Source: a virus
Reading direction: 5' to 3' (one strand)
IMG/VR virus record: IMGVR_UViG_3300012964_000004
Span: 2,312 to 66,311 of that record
Length of the DNA: 64,000 nt
Shown: positions 49,782-60,700 of the stretch, one piece after another
Numbering within the stretch: the first letter of the stretch is position 1
How the letters are laid out: the number at the start of each line of letters is the position of its first letter
Position numbers and translations under genes: made by a program
The notes under the pieces: model-generated
Databases searched by the model: none
What the model saw: the letters and a program-made list of their open reading frames with translations, nothing else
Told to the model about the DNA's origin: nothing

Positions 49782-52546
49782 TGGCTCAATTTGCTCGTCC
49801 CAGTTCCGATGTTGTAACTGATAGCTGGGCCACTGCCCCGTTATATAGCAAGATCAATGAGACTTCTTACGAGACCTCGACGTTCATCAATGGCCCAAAC
49901 AAAGCTGATGGGACTTGTGAGATTGGACTGAGCAGCATTACCGATCCATCTAGCAGCAGCACACACGTCATGCGTGTGGGCGCCTATGCGATCGGAACGT
50001 ATGGATCAGGCATCAATTTGTATGTGGAGTTGTACTGTGGCGCTACTCTGATCAAAAGCTGGAACCCAACTCTAACTACTGCCTTTGCTCAATACTCCTA
50101 TACATTGACCTCTGGCGAGGCAGATGCAATCACTGACTACACCGATTTGAGAGTGAAATTCAATCAGGATTACATAACAGGTGCACAAGGGCGTTGCTAT
50201 GTGTCTTGGTTTGAATTTGAAGTTCCTGCTGCTTCAACTCCTACCAATCTGACGATTGAAAACAGCACTCACATTCATAAATCCACAGATGCAGTTGTAA
50301 CCACTCAGATCCCGCTGGTTATTGAGAACAGTTATCACATCCACAAATCAGACGATGCAAACATCACAAAATCTGATACGTTGGTGATTGGGAGTTCTGC
50401 TCATGCCCACCAAGCTGGAGATGCTGTTTTATCTCAGGCGCAGAGCTTGGCGGTTGAGAGCAGCCTTCACATTCACAAGTCAGGGGATGTCAATCTCACT
50501 CAACTGCATAATTTGGTAATTGGAGATAGTCGGCATAGCCATGTGGCCGAAAATGACAATGTAATGGTTACTTCCAGTCTAACAATCGGGGACAGTTTCC
50601 ACACTCATGCGGCTGGCGATCTCATCTTGCAACCCAACCTGATTATTGAGAATTCCAGCCACGCTCATACGGTGGCCGATCTCACTCTCACTGTCTCAGG
50701 CGGAGAACGTGTGCAGGTCTCTTGGGTGGCATTGTTGCTGCCCAAACATGGTATAGCTCTTGTCATCGAAGATAGTCAACATACGCATACCGCTGATGAT
50801 GCCAATCTGACGCAGACTTCAATGCTGACCATTGAGGATAGCAAGCACATTCTGCTCAGCAGTGATGCTAATCTGCAACCGAATTTACTGATCCAGGACA
50901 GCTTCCATGCGCACACAGCGCAGGATGCCAGTCTGACAATCAATTTCAACCTGACGATTGAGAACAGTTTCCACATACTGATCTCCACTGAGCCTAATCT
51001 GCAACCGAATTTGCAGATTGAAAACAGCCAGCATGTCCATACTTCTGGTGATCTCCAGCTAACGCAACTGCATATCCTGCAGATCGAGAACAGTCAACAC
51101 AGCCTTACATCCGATGAGATCAGCCTGACAGGTATGGGTTGGATCAGCATTGAGAATAGCCATCACACTCTTACTTCCAGCACCATAGTCCTGGGCGAGT
51201 CTCCCACACTTGTCATTGAGGACAGTAAACACATCCTCACTGATACGGGCTATCCCTGTGTCATGCCCATGGGGATTTTGGCTGACATTGATCATGAAGA
51301 TGGAACACCATCAGAGTACAGTTTGGTTTGGAACGATCCTGGTGGGCATCCAAGTGTTAGCGTGTCCACAGATGCTGGTCTCGTCAACACCGAATATGGA
51401 TTGGCAGTCAATCTGGATGGTGTGTATGGTGAAGATCCAGAACAAGCCTACGCTGAGATTGATTTCCTCACAAATTACAGCGGAGCTTACACACTGCGGT
51501 TTTATTTCGATCCCAACACGCTGTCAATCCCGCTGAACTGGGCTGGCTATTTAGTCATCGCTCGGTTCTACACAGATGCAGGCGTCAAGGTTGGTGAGAT
51601 CCGCGTTACCCAACATACCACTTCGCCTTATTGGTATTTCCAGTTTGTCTATTGGAGCAACGGTGGGGTGTACCAGTCCACATCCGCGACGGGTAATGCA
51701 GGCCCGCCCTTCTTCATCCAGGCCCGCCTTTATCAGCAAACAGTTGGCTACATAGCTAGGATTTATGTAGATGGCACAGCCTTGGGTTCGGCTGAAGGTA
51801 GCAGTACCAACCATCCTAATGAAATTTATTTCTCCGATCTCAGCTACGTGCGCATTGGTGTGCTGGAGACAGGTGGCGGTGGTTTGACATTCAGTGGTAC
51901 CTACTACATTGATGAGATCAAACTCAGTGACACTGGATTGTATCTGGACAGGATCTACGCCCCGATAGTTGAACACAGCTACCATTCACTCACATCGGAC
52001 GAAGTAGTCCTCACCACACCTGCAACGCTGAACATTGGGGACAGCCGACACATTCATATTTCGGATGGACTGGGTGCGATCAAGGCCCATGAACTGGTCA
52101 TTGAAGATAGCTACCACACACATAGAAGTGAAAAGCTCTATTTTGTTACAATTATCATAAAGCTGACCTTAGAGTCGAGATCCTCCGCTCTGAGTTTGGG
52201 TCTGAGAGAGACGACTTTCACACTTTTCGACCGATATGCTTCGCTCTCTTTGCATCGCAGAAGCCCAGAACTCACACTGGAAAATCGATCTCAGTCACTG
52301 ACTTTGCCACACATAAAGAAGCTCGCCAAACGCTCTATTGGTGGAGAGGCCCTGACCATAGCAGACAGTCGGCACCTTCATATTGCAGACGGTTGTGATG
52401 CGTGGCCATCCAATCAATTATACATTTGGAGCGGCCAGCATTCCCACGAAGCGGATGGTTTATTGGTTACAATGAGCGCAGGCTTCAATTTGACGATCGA
52501 AAATTGCTATCATGTCCAAGTCGCAGATGAAGTGGTACTCACGTAG
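49781..52546 (+). CDS. second His-x-His repeat fibre protein (paralogue)
   Basis: About 21 repeats; DHEDGTPSEY...YFDPNT...GTYYIDEI domain; N-domain similar to the C-domain of the upstream gene. Confidence 0.7.
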   Translation: MAQFARPSSDVVTDSWATAPLYSKINETSYETSTFINGPNKADGTCEIGLSSITDPSSSSTHVMRVGAYAIGTYGSGINLYVELYCGATLIKSWNPTLTTAFAQYSYTLTSGEADAITDYTDLRVKFNQDYITGAQGRCYVSWFEFEVPAASTPTNLTIENSTHIHKSTDAVVTTQIPLVIENSYHIHKSDDANITKSDTLVIGSSAHAHQAGDAVLSQAQSLAVESSLHIHKSGDVNLTQLHNLVIGDSRHSHVAENDNVMVTSSLTIGDSFHTHAAGDLILQPNLIIENSSHAHTVADLTLTVSGGERVQVSWVALLLPKHGIALVIEDSQHTHTADDANLTQTSMLTIEDSKHILLSSDANLQPNLLIQDSFHAHTAQDASLTINFNLTIENSFHILISTEPNLQPNLQIENSQHVHTSGDLQLTQLHILQIENSQHSLTSDEISLTGMGWISIENSHHTLTSSTIVLGESPTLVIEDSKHILTDTGYPCVMPMGILADIDHEDGTPSEYSLVWNDPGGHPSVSVSTDAGLVNTEYGLAVNLDGVYGEDPEQAYAEIDFLTNYSGAYTLRFYFDPNTLSIPLNWAGYLVIARFYTDAGVKVGEIRVTQHTTSPYWYFQFVYWSNGGVYQSTSATGNAGPPFFIQARLYQQTVGYIARIYVDGTALGSAEGSSTNHPNEIYFSDLSYVRIGVLETGGGGLTFSGTYYIDEIKLSDTGLYLDRIYAPIVEHSYHSLTSDEVVLTTPATLNIGDSRHIHISDGLGAIKAHELVIEDSYHTHRSEKLYFVTIIIKLTLESRSSALSLGLRETTFTLFDRYASLSLHRRSPELTLENRSQSLTLPHIKKLAKRSIGGEALTIADSRHLHIADGCDAWPSNQLYIWSGQHSHEADGLLVTMSAGFNLTIENCYHVQVADEVVLT

Positions 52547-52554
52547 GAGGTAAC

Positions 52555-52869
52555 ATGACGAGCCGAGAAGTAGTAGAAGGTCAACAGCCGCAGGGTGCGG
52601 ATGAAGAGGTCACATATACATTGACCACTACGCCTTGGGGATCCAGCCCAAGCAACGTGGTCGTTACAGTTTACGATATTACTCTTGAGTCTGTGCGCGA
52701 AAATGTGACCAGTACAGTGACCAGCGGATCCCCGTCTGTGAATGGAGATGTGATCACTTTACCTGTTATTCTGGATTTGGTCGAGAACCACAATTATCGG
52801 GTGGAGGTCAAATTCACCACAGGCGGTCAAGTATATGAACCCTATTTTTATATCGTTGGAGAAATGTAG
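52555..52869 (+). CDS. small Ig-like fibre/adaptor-type protein
   Basis: Beta-rich 104-aa ORF with GGAGGT RBS, after the fibre genes. Confidence 0.5.
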   Translation: MTSREVVEGQQPQGADEEVTYTLTTTPWGSSPSNVVVTVYDITLESVRENVTSTVTSGSPSVNGDVITLPVILDLVENHNYRVEVKFTTGGQVYEPYFYIVGEM

Positions 52870-52878
52870 GAGGTGCAC

Positions 52879-53025
52879 ATGCCACTGAGAAAAGGTAAAA
52901 GCAGGAAGTCCGTTTCGGCTAACATAGCGCAGTTGATGAGGGAAGGTTATCCTCAAAAGCAGGCGATTGCGATCGCCATGTCCAAGGCGGGTCTGTCTTG
53001 GAAGAAAAGAAAGAGGAGAAAATAA
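52879..53025 (+). CDS. small basic protein MPLRKGKSRKSVSANIAQLMREGYPQKQAIAIAMSKAG (DUF6496-like)
   Basis: Translated by hand (48 aa); GGAGGT RBS; motif common near phage terminases. Confidence 0.7.
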   Translation: MPLRKGKSRKSVSANIAQLMREGYPQKQAIAIAMSKAGLSWKKRKRRK

Positions 53026-53258
53026 TGGCAAAGAAAAAATGGGCATCGAAGGCCTGGGAGAAGGTCAAGGAAGGTTCGCTCACCAAGATGGGTTGGCCAG
53101 ATCGCAACAAGCTGCTGGCGGCTGCCCGCCGCGATCGAGCAGGCGTCATGCGCAAGTTGAATTTCTTAGCGAATGCCAGTAAGGACGATGCTACCAAAGC
53201 CAAAGCTCGAGCCATCGCCAATTTCATCAAGAACACGCTCGACAAAGGCGAAGATTGA
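53025..53258 (+). CDS. small basic hypothetical protein
   Basis: TAATG-coupled; starts MAKKKW...KEGSLT. Confidence 0.55.
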   Translation: MAKKKWASKAWEKVKEGSLTKMGWPDRNKLLAAARRDRAGVMRKLNFLANASKDDATKAKARAIANFIKNTLDKGED

Positions 53259-54850
53259 TGTTTCCCAGGATTTTCCCTAGGGATAAGATCAAGTTGCCCG
53301 ATGTGGACAACGATGTGAAACCCTTTTCCATTGGCTTTACAAAGTGGGTGGAGAAGCATGGTTTCTTAGTGCGCGAGACTTGGGATGCGGATACATACAA
53401 GTGGGCGGGTGCGGGTTGGTTGCAGCTTCTTCCACATCAGCGAGAAATCCTAGATCTTGCGTTACAAATGCAGGACGGTGTTTTCAAATACAGTACTGTG
53501 CTGTTTTCAACCATCAAAAAATCTGGCAAGACAATGTTGGGTGCTGCAGTAGGTAGCTGGTATGCAGAGGTGGCGCCGCCAGGAACGGAGATCTATGTTA
53601 TCGCCAATGACCTGGAGTCAGCCGAAGGGCGTGTGATGCGAGACATCAAATACCATGCTGCTCATCGCGGTTACGCTTACACAAAATATGAAGTCACCTT
53701 GCCGAACGGTACATCCATCAAAGCTCTGGCGCAAAACTACCGCTCCGTCGCTGGCACCCGTCATGCTTTGACTATTTGGGACGAGTTGTGGGGTATCACT
53801 TCTGAATTGACTCGCCGCACCTATGAAGAGATGACACCCATCCCAACCATTCCTTGGTCGTTGCGCTTCATCGCTACTTACGCTGGCTTCATCAATGAGT
53901 CGGATCTGCTATGGGAATTGTATATCAATGGAGTCGGTCGAGATGAACATGAGGATGGGCATGGTAAGCTCTTCTTCGACCAGATCGACAAACCCATTTG
54001 GGAAAACGGCCGCCAATTCACCTATTGGAACCACGAACCGAACATGCCTTGGCAATCACCTGACTATTATGAAGAGCAGCGCGACTCGCTGCGCCCTGCA
54101 GCTTATTTGCGCTTGCATGAAAATCGTTGGGTAACCACCCATGAAGAATTTATACCCATCGAATGGTGGAGTGCTGCCGAAGTGCACTTCCCTGACTCGG
54201 CTGAACTGTGGAAGGATCATCCCTACGCCAAGTTCCCAGTCTACATGGGCGTAGATGCTGCACCCAAGCGCGACTCCACTTCAGTGGTGGGCGTTACTTA
54301 TGATCCGAGCAAAGGTGTAGTCATTGAATTATTCCATCGGATCTGGACGCCAATCAATGTCCAGCTTGATCTGGACGAGACCATGAAACAATTCATCATC
54401 GACATGACCAAACGCTTCTTGGTAATCAAGATTGGCTATGATCCCTCGCACTTATATCAGCTTATGCTGAACTTGTACAAGGATGGTTTTCCTGTTTCTG
54501 AGTTCACCCAGACAGTGAGCAATATGACTAGAGCGTCACAAAACTTGTATGACCTCTTGAAATTTAGGCGCTTTTACACGTATAAAGATGATGAGGCTAG
54601 AACACATATTCAAAACACAGTTGCTCAAGCTGAAAGCGGCGGTATGCGCATTGTCAAAATTCAAGGCAGCCCAGGCAGGAAAAAGCCAGTGGATTATTCC
54701 ATAGCCCTGGCCATCGCCGCATATTTGGCTGTCCAGGGCGGCGGCATCGATGTCTCCCAACCCTTGACGTTGGAAGCGCCCTTCTCAGATTTGACAGCCT
54801 GGAAAAATCCAAGCGATCGAATTATTGTACCCTGGCAATTCAGGACTTAG
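53255..54850 (+). CDS. terL: terminase large subunit
   Basis: PHQ, KKSGKT Walker A, IWDELWG Walker B, YLRLHENRW, MGVDAA..RD RNase H motif and YDP. Confidence 0.9.
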   Translation: MMFPRIFPRDKIKLPDVDNDVKPFSIGFTKWVEKHGFLVRETWDADTYKWAGAGWLQLLPHQREILDLALQMQDGVFKYSTVLFSTIKKSGKTMLGAAVGSWYAEVAPPGTEIYVIANDLESAEGRVMRDIKYHAAHRGYAYTKYEVTLPNGTSIKALAQNYRSVAGTRHALTIWDELWGITSELTRRTYEEMTPIPTIPWSLRFIATYAGFINESDLLWELYINGVGRDEHEDGHGKLFFDQIDKPIWENGRQFTYWNHEPNMPWQSPDYYEEQRDSLRPAAYLRLHENRWVTTHEEFIPIEWWSAAEVHFPDSAELWKDHPYAKFPVYMGVDAAPKRDSTSVVGVTYDPSKGVVIELFHRIWTPINVQLDLDETMKQFIIDMTKRFLVIKIGYDPSHLYQLMLNLYKDGFPVSEFTQTVSNMTRASQNLYDLLKFRRFYTYKDDEARTHIQNTVAQAESGGMRIVKIQGSPGRKKPVDYSIALAIAAYLAVQGGGIDVSQPLTLEAPFSDLTAWKNPSDRIIVPWQFRT

Positions 54851-54859
54851 GAGTGAGAC

Positions 54860-56695
54860 ATGGCTCAAGAAAATACTACCCTTATGGATGTCCAATTCAA
54901 TATTGGCCAGGCCATGACATTCTCGGAAGGCTGGCACAAGAACATCAATTTATGGCGCAGGCTGTATGATTTCAATCACTATGACATCGCGCCTCTAGCT
55001 GGTGAGACCCAGTTCAATGATCCTACTTTTACCAACACTGTGGATCTGGCGGTGGCTATCGTCTTGGCCAATCCGCTCACTTGGAAGGCTACACCTTGGA
55101 AACCTACGTCACTGGCAGGCAAGATGTCAGATGCGGCTGAGAAATTCTTGATTGGCACTGAACAGACTAACACTGACCGCAACGAATACGATCTCGCCTA
55201 CGAGATCCTGATGCACTTCGTCCGAGATGGAGGTGCGGTGGTCTATACGTGGTGGGATGAGGACATCGCAGCTTATTCCCGTGGCACTGAGGAAGTGTTG
55301 AACCTCAACGGTGAAGTCGTGAGTGGTATCACCTACGAAGAGTGTCCGCTGCGTATGCAAGTCATTGATCCGCTTTCCATTATGCTGCTTCCTGGTGGGC
55401 GCGGACGTTGGATGGCTATCGTGCGCACTGAAGAGCAGACCCTTTATGATATTCAAAGACGCTTTGGCTCGCTGCCCGCTTCAGTCGCCCATCTGTCCGA
55501 TTACCAAACAATGTTGGCTAACAAGGGCACGCTATACGATTACTGGGATATTATTCTCAAACCAGAGGCCAATAGTGACAGGAAAATTCCTGTTGTGCGT
55601 AATGCAGTTTTGTTTGGAACTACTACTGCCACTGAATTCATCCCTGGGTGGGAATTGAAAGAGATGCCCAAATACAATTCCCTGCCCTATACGGTTGGAT
55701 TTTATAAGCCGACCGATCGCCTGAACTCCAAGAAATGGGATGGGATTATCACACCGCTGGTCGGTTCGGTGAGGCAACTGGAAGTCAGCATCAATCGCCG
55801 CCAGCGTCAAATCGATATTTTCTCATCCATGCCTTTTGTCTCCAAGACGGCCACAGGTCGGGCAGTCAATGTGGATCCTGGTCTGGGCAAGGTTGTGGCG
55901 CTTTCGACTGAGGAAGATTTTGGCTTCCCTGTCTGGCAGGGCAATCCACCCGATGTGGAGCGCCAGATTGATTTCTTGCGCTCCCGCGTGCAACAGTCAG
56001 GTTTTTCAGATGTGTTCTATGGTGCGGGCGCCAGTCAGGTATCTGGTTACGCTTTATCTCAACTGGGCGATCAGAACCGCATTCGTCTCGAGCAGCCCGT
56101 CACCCATCTTGAACGTTTTTACTCATGGTTGGGCAAGAAGATCATTGACATCACCGAGGCCAATGCAGGTCAGAACGCTTTCATACGTGTGTATGGGCGC
56201 GTGCGTGGGGCACCTTTTGCTGGTGCAGTCGAGATCGACGCTCTAAAAGGGTTGCAGATTAGTTGCAAGATCGTGCCTGAGTTCCCGAATGAGCGCGTGC
56301 GCAACCATGCTATGGCTACCCAGGTGCGTGGCATTCTGTCAGATCATCGCATCATGGAAGATTATTTGGGTGTGCAACAGCCTGATGATGAGTTCGATGT
56401 GCGCATGACTGAGGATGCTCAGAAACATCCTATAGTCACTGGCTATAACTTGATGCGCAAATTGAGCGAGATGGCAGAAGCTGGTGATAAAGTAGCGGCT
56501 ATGACCCTTGTGGCTTTGCAGCAGAGTGGTATGCCAGGGATGCCAGGCCGCCCCAGTGAGCCGCCCAATCCGCAGCAACCCCAGGGAGTTCCTCAAGCAG
56601 GTCGCCCAATGGGTGGCACTATTGGCGGAACTGAAGAGGCATTAGCCAGCGCTGCTCCCACCATGGAGGGAGGCGTATATGGCACAGAAGTTTAG
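54860..56695 (+). CDS. portal protein
   Basis: 611 aa directly after terL, with IDPL, SGYALSQL and a Pro/Gly/Gln-rich C-tail typical of podovirus portals. Confidence 0.8.
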   Translation: MAQENTTLMDVQFNIGQAMTFSEGWHKNINLWRRLYDFNHYDIAPLAGETQFNDPTFTNTVDLAVAIVLANPLTWKATPWKPTSLAGKMSDAAEKFLIGTEQTNTDRNEYDLAYEILMHFVRDGGAVVYTWWDEDIAAYSRGTEEVLNLNGEVVSGITYEECPLRMQVIDPLSIMLLPGGRGRWMAIVRTEEQTLYDIQRRFGSLPASVAHLSDYQTMLANKGTLYDYWDIILKPEANSDRKIPVVRNAVLFGTTTATEFIPGWELKEMPKYNSLPYTVGFYKPTDRLNSKKWDGIITPLVGSVRQLEVSINRRQRQIDIFSSMPFVSKTATGRAVNVDPGLGKVVALSTEEDFGFPVWQGNPPDVERQIDFLRSRVQQSGFSDVFYGAGASQVSGYALSQLGDQNRIRLEQPVTHLERFYSWLGKKIIDITEANAGQNAFIRVYGRVRGAPFAGAVEIDALKGLQISCKIVPEFPNERVRNHAMATQVRGILSDHRIMEDYLGVQQPDDEFDVRMTEDAQKHPIVTGYNLMRKLSEMAEAGDKVAAMTLVALQQSGMPGMPGRPSEPPNPQQPQGVPQAGRPMGGTIGGTEEALASAAPTMEGGVYGTEV

Positions 56696-56906
56696 CATGG
56701 ATGATACTTTCAAACGTTCCTATAAATCTATCGATTTGGCTTTCAAGATTTCTGCCAAGCGTATGGGTTTGGAGCAAGATGAAGATTTGAATTTATATGC
56801 CACTTTGCAGCCTAACGATTTTGCGGAGCTTACCAAATTGTACGGTGAGAATGAAGTGCTGAATTACATCAAGACCATGGAGAAGCAACGTTTGCTTGGA
56901 AAATAG
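56679..56906 (+). CDS. hypothetical protein
   Basis: 75-aa ORF with GGAGG RBS. Confidence 0.55.
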   Translation: MAQKFSMDDTFKRSYKSIDLAFKISAKRMGLEQDEDLNLYATLQPNDFAELTKLYGENEVLNYIKTMEKQRLLGK

Positions 56907-56915
56907 GAGGATGTC

Positions 56916-57785
56916 ATGGCTCAACCTGTTGGATCTGGGTTGAAGAAACCCAAACCTAAGACGCCAGTTTACACTGTCAAACCTTATCCCATTCATGGGC
57001 AAGGCCCTTATATGCCCAGGGTGGAGACAGTGCCTTATAATCCCTATCCGACTTACAACCAAGGCCCTTACATGCCCAGGGTCGAGATGGGAGGTAGCCC
57101 TTACGCCAATCCCTACTTGACTGCAGTCTACGGTGGCGGTGGAGGTGGAGGTGCTGCAGGCGGAGGCCCTGTCACTTGGTCGCAGGCTTATAACTTGGAA
57201 GGTGCACCTTCTTGGTGGAAAGGTATGCTGCCCAGTCAATGGACACCTGAGACCGAGTTCGCTGCTATGGTGAATGCGCTGATGCCTTATTTGACTATTG
57301 AGGATCAGCGTGCGATGGGATCCAGTTTGTCACGCCTCTTCCCAGATGCGTTCGGCAGCTATTCGCCTGAGAAAACTGCTTATCCAACACCACCTTCCAG
57401 CATCAAGGCGGAACGCGAGTATTATTTCCAATCCCAACAGCGTGCTACAGATCTATTGGGTGCTCTAGACAAAATGAAGGCGGCTTCGGGTCAAGATGAA
57501 AAGAAGTTTGGCCCTGGTTATCAGTATTTGCGCCAGTTGGCTACAACTGTCAAAGAATTTGGCGCTAAGGTTGGCCAAAGCCAGATGTCCCGCAGACAAT
57601 ATATCAATATGTACTCTGCTTTGGATCCATTGTTAGCTGAGACCAAAGGTGAAGCACTGTCCGCGTATGGCGAGATCGCCCGTGCGCTGACTCAACCCTT
57701 CATGGGGGCGGGCAAGCTGATCAACGTCTATAAGGATCAATCAGGGAATTGGATCTTTGGAAAGCCAAACACTGGCTGGTTCTGA
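56916..57785 (+). CDS. putative internal virion (ejection) protein
   Basis: Lies between the portal and the giant ORF; Pro/Gly-rich N-terminus with a QGPYMPRVE repeat. Confidence 0.5.
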   Translation: MAQPVGSGLKKPKPKTPVYTVKPYPIHGQGPYMPRVETVPYNPYPTYNQGPYMPRVEMGGSPYANPYLTAVYGGGGGGGAAGGGPVTWSQAYNLEGAPSWWKGMLPSQWTPETEFAAMVNALMPYLTIEDQRAMGSSLSRLFPDAFGSYSPEKTAYPTPPSSIKAEREYYFQSQQRATDLLGALDKMKAASGQDEKKFGPGYQYLRQLATTVKEFGAKVGQSQMSRRQYINMYSALDPLLAETKGEALSAYGEIARALTQPFMGAGKLINVYKDQSGNWIFGKPNTGWF

Positions 57786-57795
57786 GAGGTAATTG

Positions 57796-60700
57796 ATGGA
57801 AACCGATAAGGCACCTTTCTGGAAAGACCCCAAATTCAAACGGACGGTCAAACAACTCCAGGCGCTATATTCAGCGCGTCTGGCAGCTAGACAAGCGGCT
57901 CGCAAGTTGTGGCAGCGCTCGAGCAACTATGCTGCGGCCAATCGAATTCCTAATGTGGTCTCATCTGCCCAGTCGCAGGTACAAGCTCAGCGCAAACCCA
58001 TCATGGGTATGCCCGATCGGGAGATGGAAATCATCCAGCGCATCCCTACTATCCAGCAGACAGTCACGCAGCCTACTACCAAGACGCCCCAGGGAGCACC
58101 GCCCGTCAGCGTGGATCCGAGCATTATTCAAGGCGCACCCGCTTACTATGATCCACAAACCAATCAAATTACTAACAAACTAACCAATACCAAACTATTC
58201 AATTTGAATGGTGAGGTGATCCCGACCAATCAAGCAGATGATGGTTCCTGGCTGGTGCCTGATGAAATGCAGAGATTAGGCGTCACGCTAAACCAAATGA
58301 CCGAGGCGATTTACACGCCCGATATGTTGGAACAATTCAACTATGTGCCCAGTGCGGATGAAATCATTCCACCCCTGGGTTTCGATGTTGCTTCCATAGA
58401 GGGTGAGAATTTATATTATGATCCGCTCACCCATCGCATCACGACCACGCCGACCCAAGTCCAATATTTCTGGACGCCCGATGGTAATGAGATTACTCAG
58501 CAGCGCTTTGCGGTGGAGCATGGCCGCCTTATTCCCAATCAAGAAGTCAAGCTGGATGCAAATACCCGAGCACTCATCGATGCGATCCTGACAACGCAAA
58601 AAAGCCAAGCTGATGCCACGGCGCTCTTGGTGGAAAGAGGATCGCCTGTTTCTCCAGGTCAGGTAATTCAAGGCAGCAATCAAATCAGCCAGACAGATTA
58701 TCAGAATATGTTCAAGCCCTGGGTGAAAGCCACTCAAGAGGCTGAGGTTCTGCGGGTGGGCGAGCAATATAGTGAGACGGGTGAATTGCTGAAGGAAGGC
58801 ACAGTCATCTTCACCACACCTGCTACACCTGGGTTGCAATTACCTGCAGGCCTTTCCAATATGTTGGAAACTACACCTTTTGGAAGGCTGGTCATGTATG
58901 TCCCACCTTGGAACCCACTATCTTGGAACCCCAAGACCAAAGCGATTGCACAAGAAGCTTACCGCAAAGTTTTGGATCGGGTGGCTGGTGGCTTGATCTA
59001 TTTGTTTTCGGAGTCCAACTGGTGGCTCAAGCAGAAGTTCTTTTCTAACGCTCGTGATATGAAGCGTCAATCTGGCTTTGGGGATTGGTTGCCATCTGCG
59101 GCTGCCACTACTCTGACCGTGGCAGTCGGACTGCCTTGGGCGGCCGTTCACCTCCTCGGCGCCCCCTTTGTTTCCATTTGGGACAAAGAAAAGGGTGCAG
59201 AGTGGCGGACTTTCGGAGAGAAGGTCAAGCGAGAGTGGCAGAACAAGATGTCAGTCATGACCGATCAATTCTTGGAAACCACTCTGTTCTATCAGGGTTC
59301 GCCTTCCTCTGGTCTATCCTTGTCTCCTACTCAATATGATCTCCTCATGGAAAATTATTGGACTGGAATTGAGACAGGAGCGAATCAAACTTGGGGCGAC
59401 TATCTTGGGGAAAGTGGTGTCACGGCTGTAAAGATCAGACAGCACGCCGATCGAATGAATGGCAAGATGACCATCGGTTGGGATTATGTCCAGCGGGCGC
59501 AGCTAGCCTGGAATGAAGGCCGCCAAGAGGAAGCTGTCACGCTCATGACCGAAGGTCTGTCTGACATTCTGGTGTACGGTCTGGACTATGCAGCTTTTGG
59601 AAACTATGCACGGCACGAGTTTGATCCCAAATGGAAGCCCAACCAAGTGGGCGCTGACGCCTTCTTAGATAAGACCATCCCTGTTTCATCCGAAGAATTG
59701 GACTGGGTTTACAAATTGGTGGCACTGAACAATGCCGAGAAATTCATGAGCTTGTTTGCTAAATGGGGAACGCCTGAAGAGCAACTCACCCTAGCCAAGA
59801 ATTTGGGGTCAGGCACGAACTATTTGTTCATTCGCCAGCTAGCCATGAATGCGCTTGAGTCTGGCCGAATGCCTACCATTCATGAGATTTACAATGAGGC
59901 CTTTCCTTGGTTGAAGGGCTATGCAGCCAATCCAATGAGCACCAAGCAGATCCGCGAGTTCATTCAGAAGGACTCGATTGCTTTTCATGATCGTGCTCGA
60001 GAATTGGCACTCATCTCGACTGCCTATGAAAAGCAGGCCAATGCCTGGGGTGATGAAAATGTAGCTGAGAAGGAACGGTTACTTGGATTGGCACGCAAAT
60101 TTATGAACGAAGCCAAGAACTTGCTGGATGCAGCTTATGAATTGGATCGCAAAGCTGGTGGATTGGATCCGTTCGCCATGTATTCTTGGGATGCCTATCC
60201 AGAGAAGTACAAGGAGTTCAAGCAGCGGTTGGCCGAAGCTGAGATCCAACTAGGCCGTCCGCCCACGCGCAACGAAATTATCGATGTTGGCTACCAGTAT
60301 GCCGATTTTGTTTATGAGGCTTCGGGCGAAGCCATTATTGATGTTTTCAACTTATTGGAGTCTCTCAAAATTGGGAAGATAGCGGGCGAAGTATCTAAGA
60401 ATGCGCTCACCGTCGCGCTATCAAAATCCAAAGTTGGCCGCAATCTCACTTCAGCCTGGATGCAGACAGTAGATGACATGATTGAGTCCCGACGCATTCG
60501 CCACATGAAAAATCGCGCTTTCGTCTCCCAAGGTTTCAAACAGCAACAGTGGACGACCAACCTGATAAAGGACATCGCAGATACCAAACCGACCAGCAAA
60601 GATGAACTTCTGTGGCAGGTGCAGCGAGCAGCCAATCAAATCAATGCAATTTCTTTGGCTAAAAATCCAGAAGAATATCAGCAATTAGTGCGATCGGCCA

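Noticed and set aside
47240-52540. CRISPR array or DGR-type repeats
   Set aside because: The repeats are degenerate 66-bp coding units conserved at protein level. There is no repeat-spacer pattern, cas gene or reverse transcriptase.
56883-56897. Further copy of the dispersed palindrome (AAGCAACGTTTGCTT)
   Set aside because: It deviates at two fixed positions including the core G, so it was not counted.
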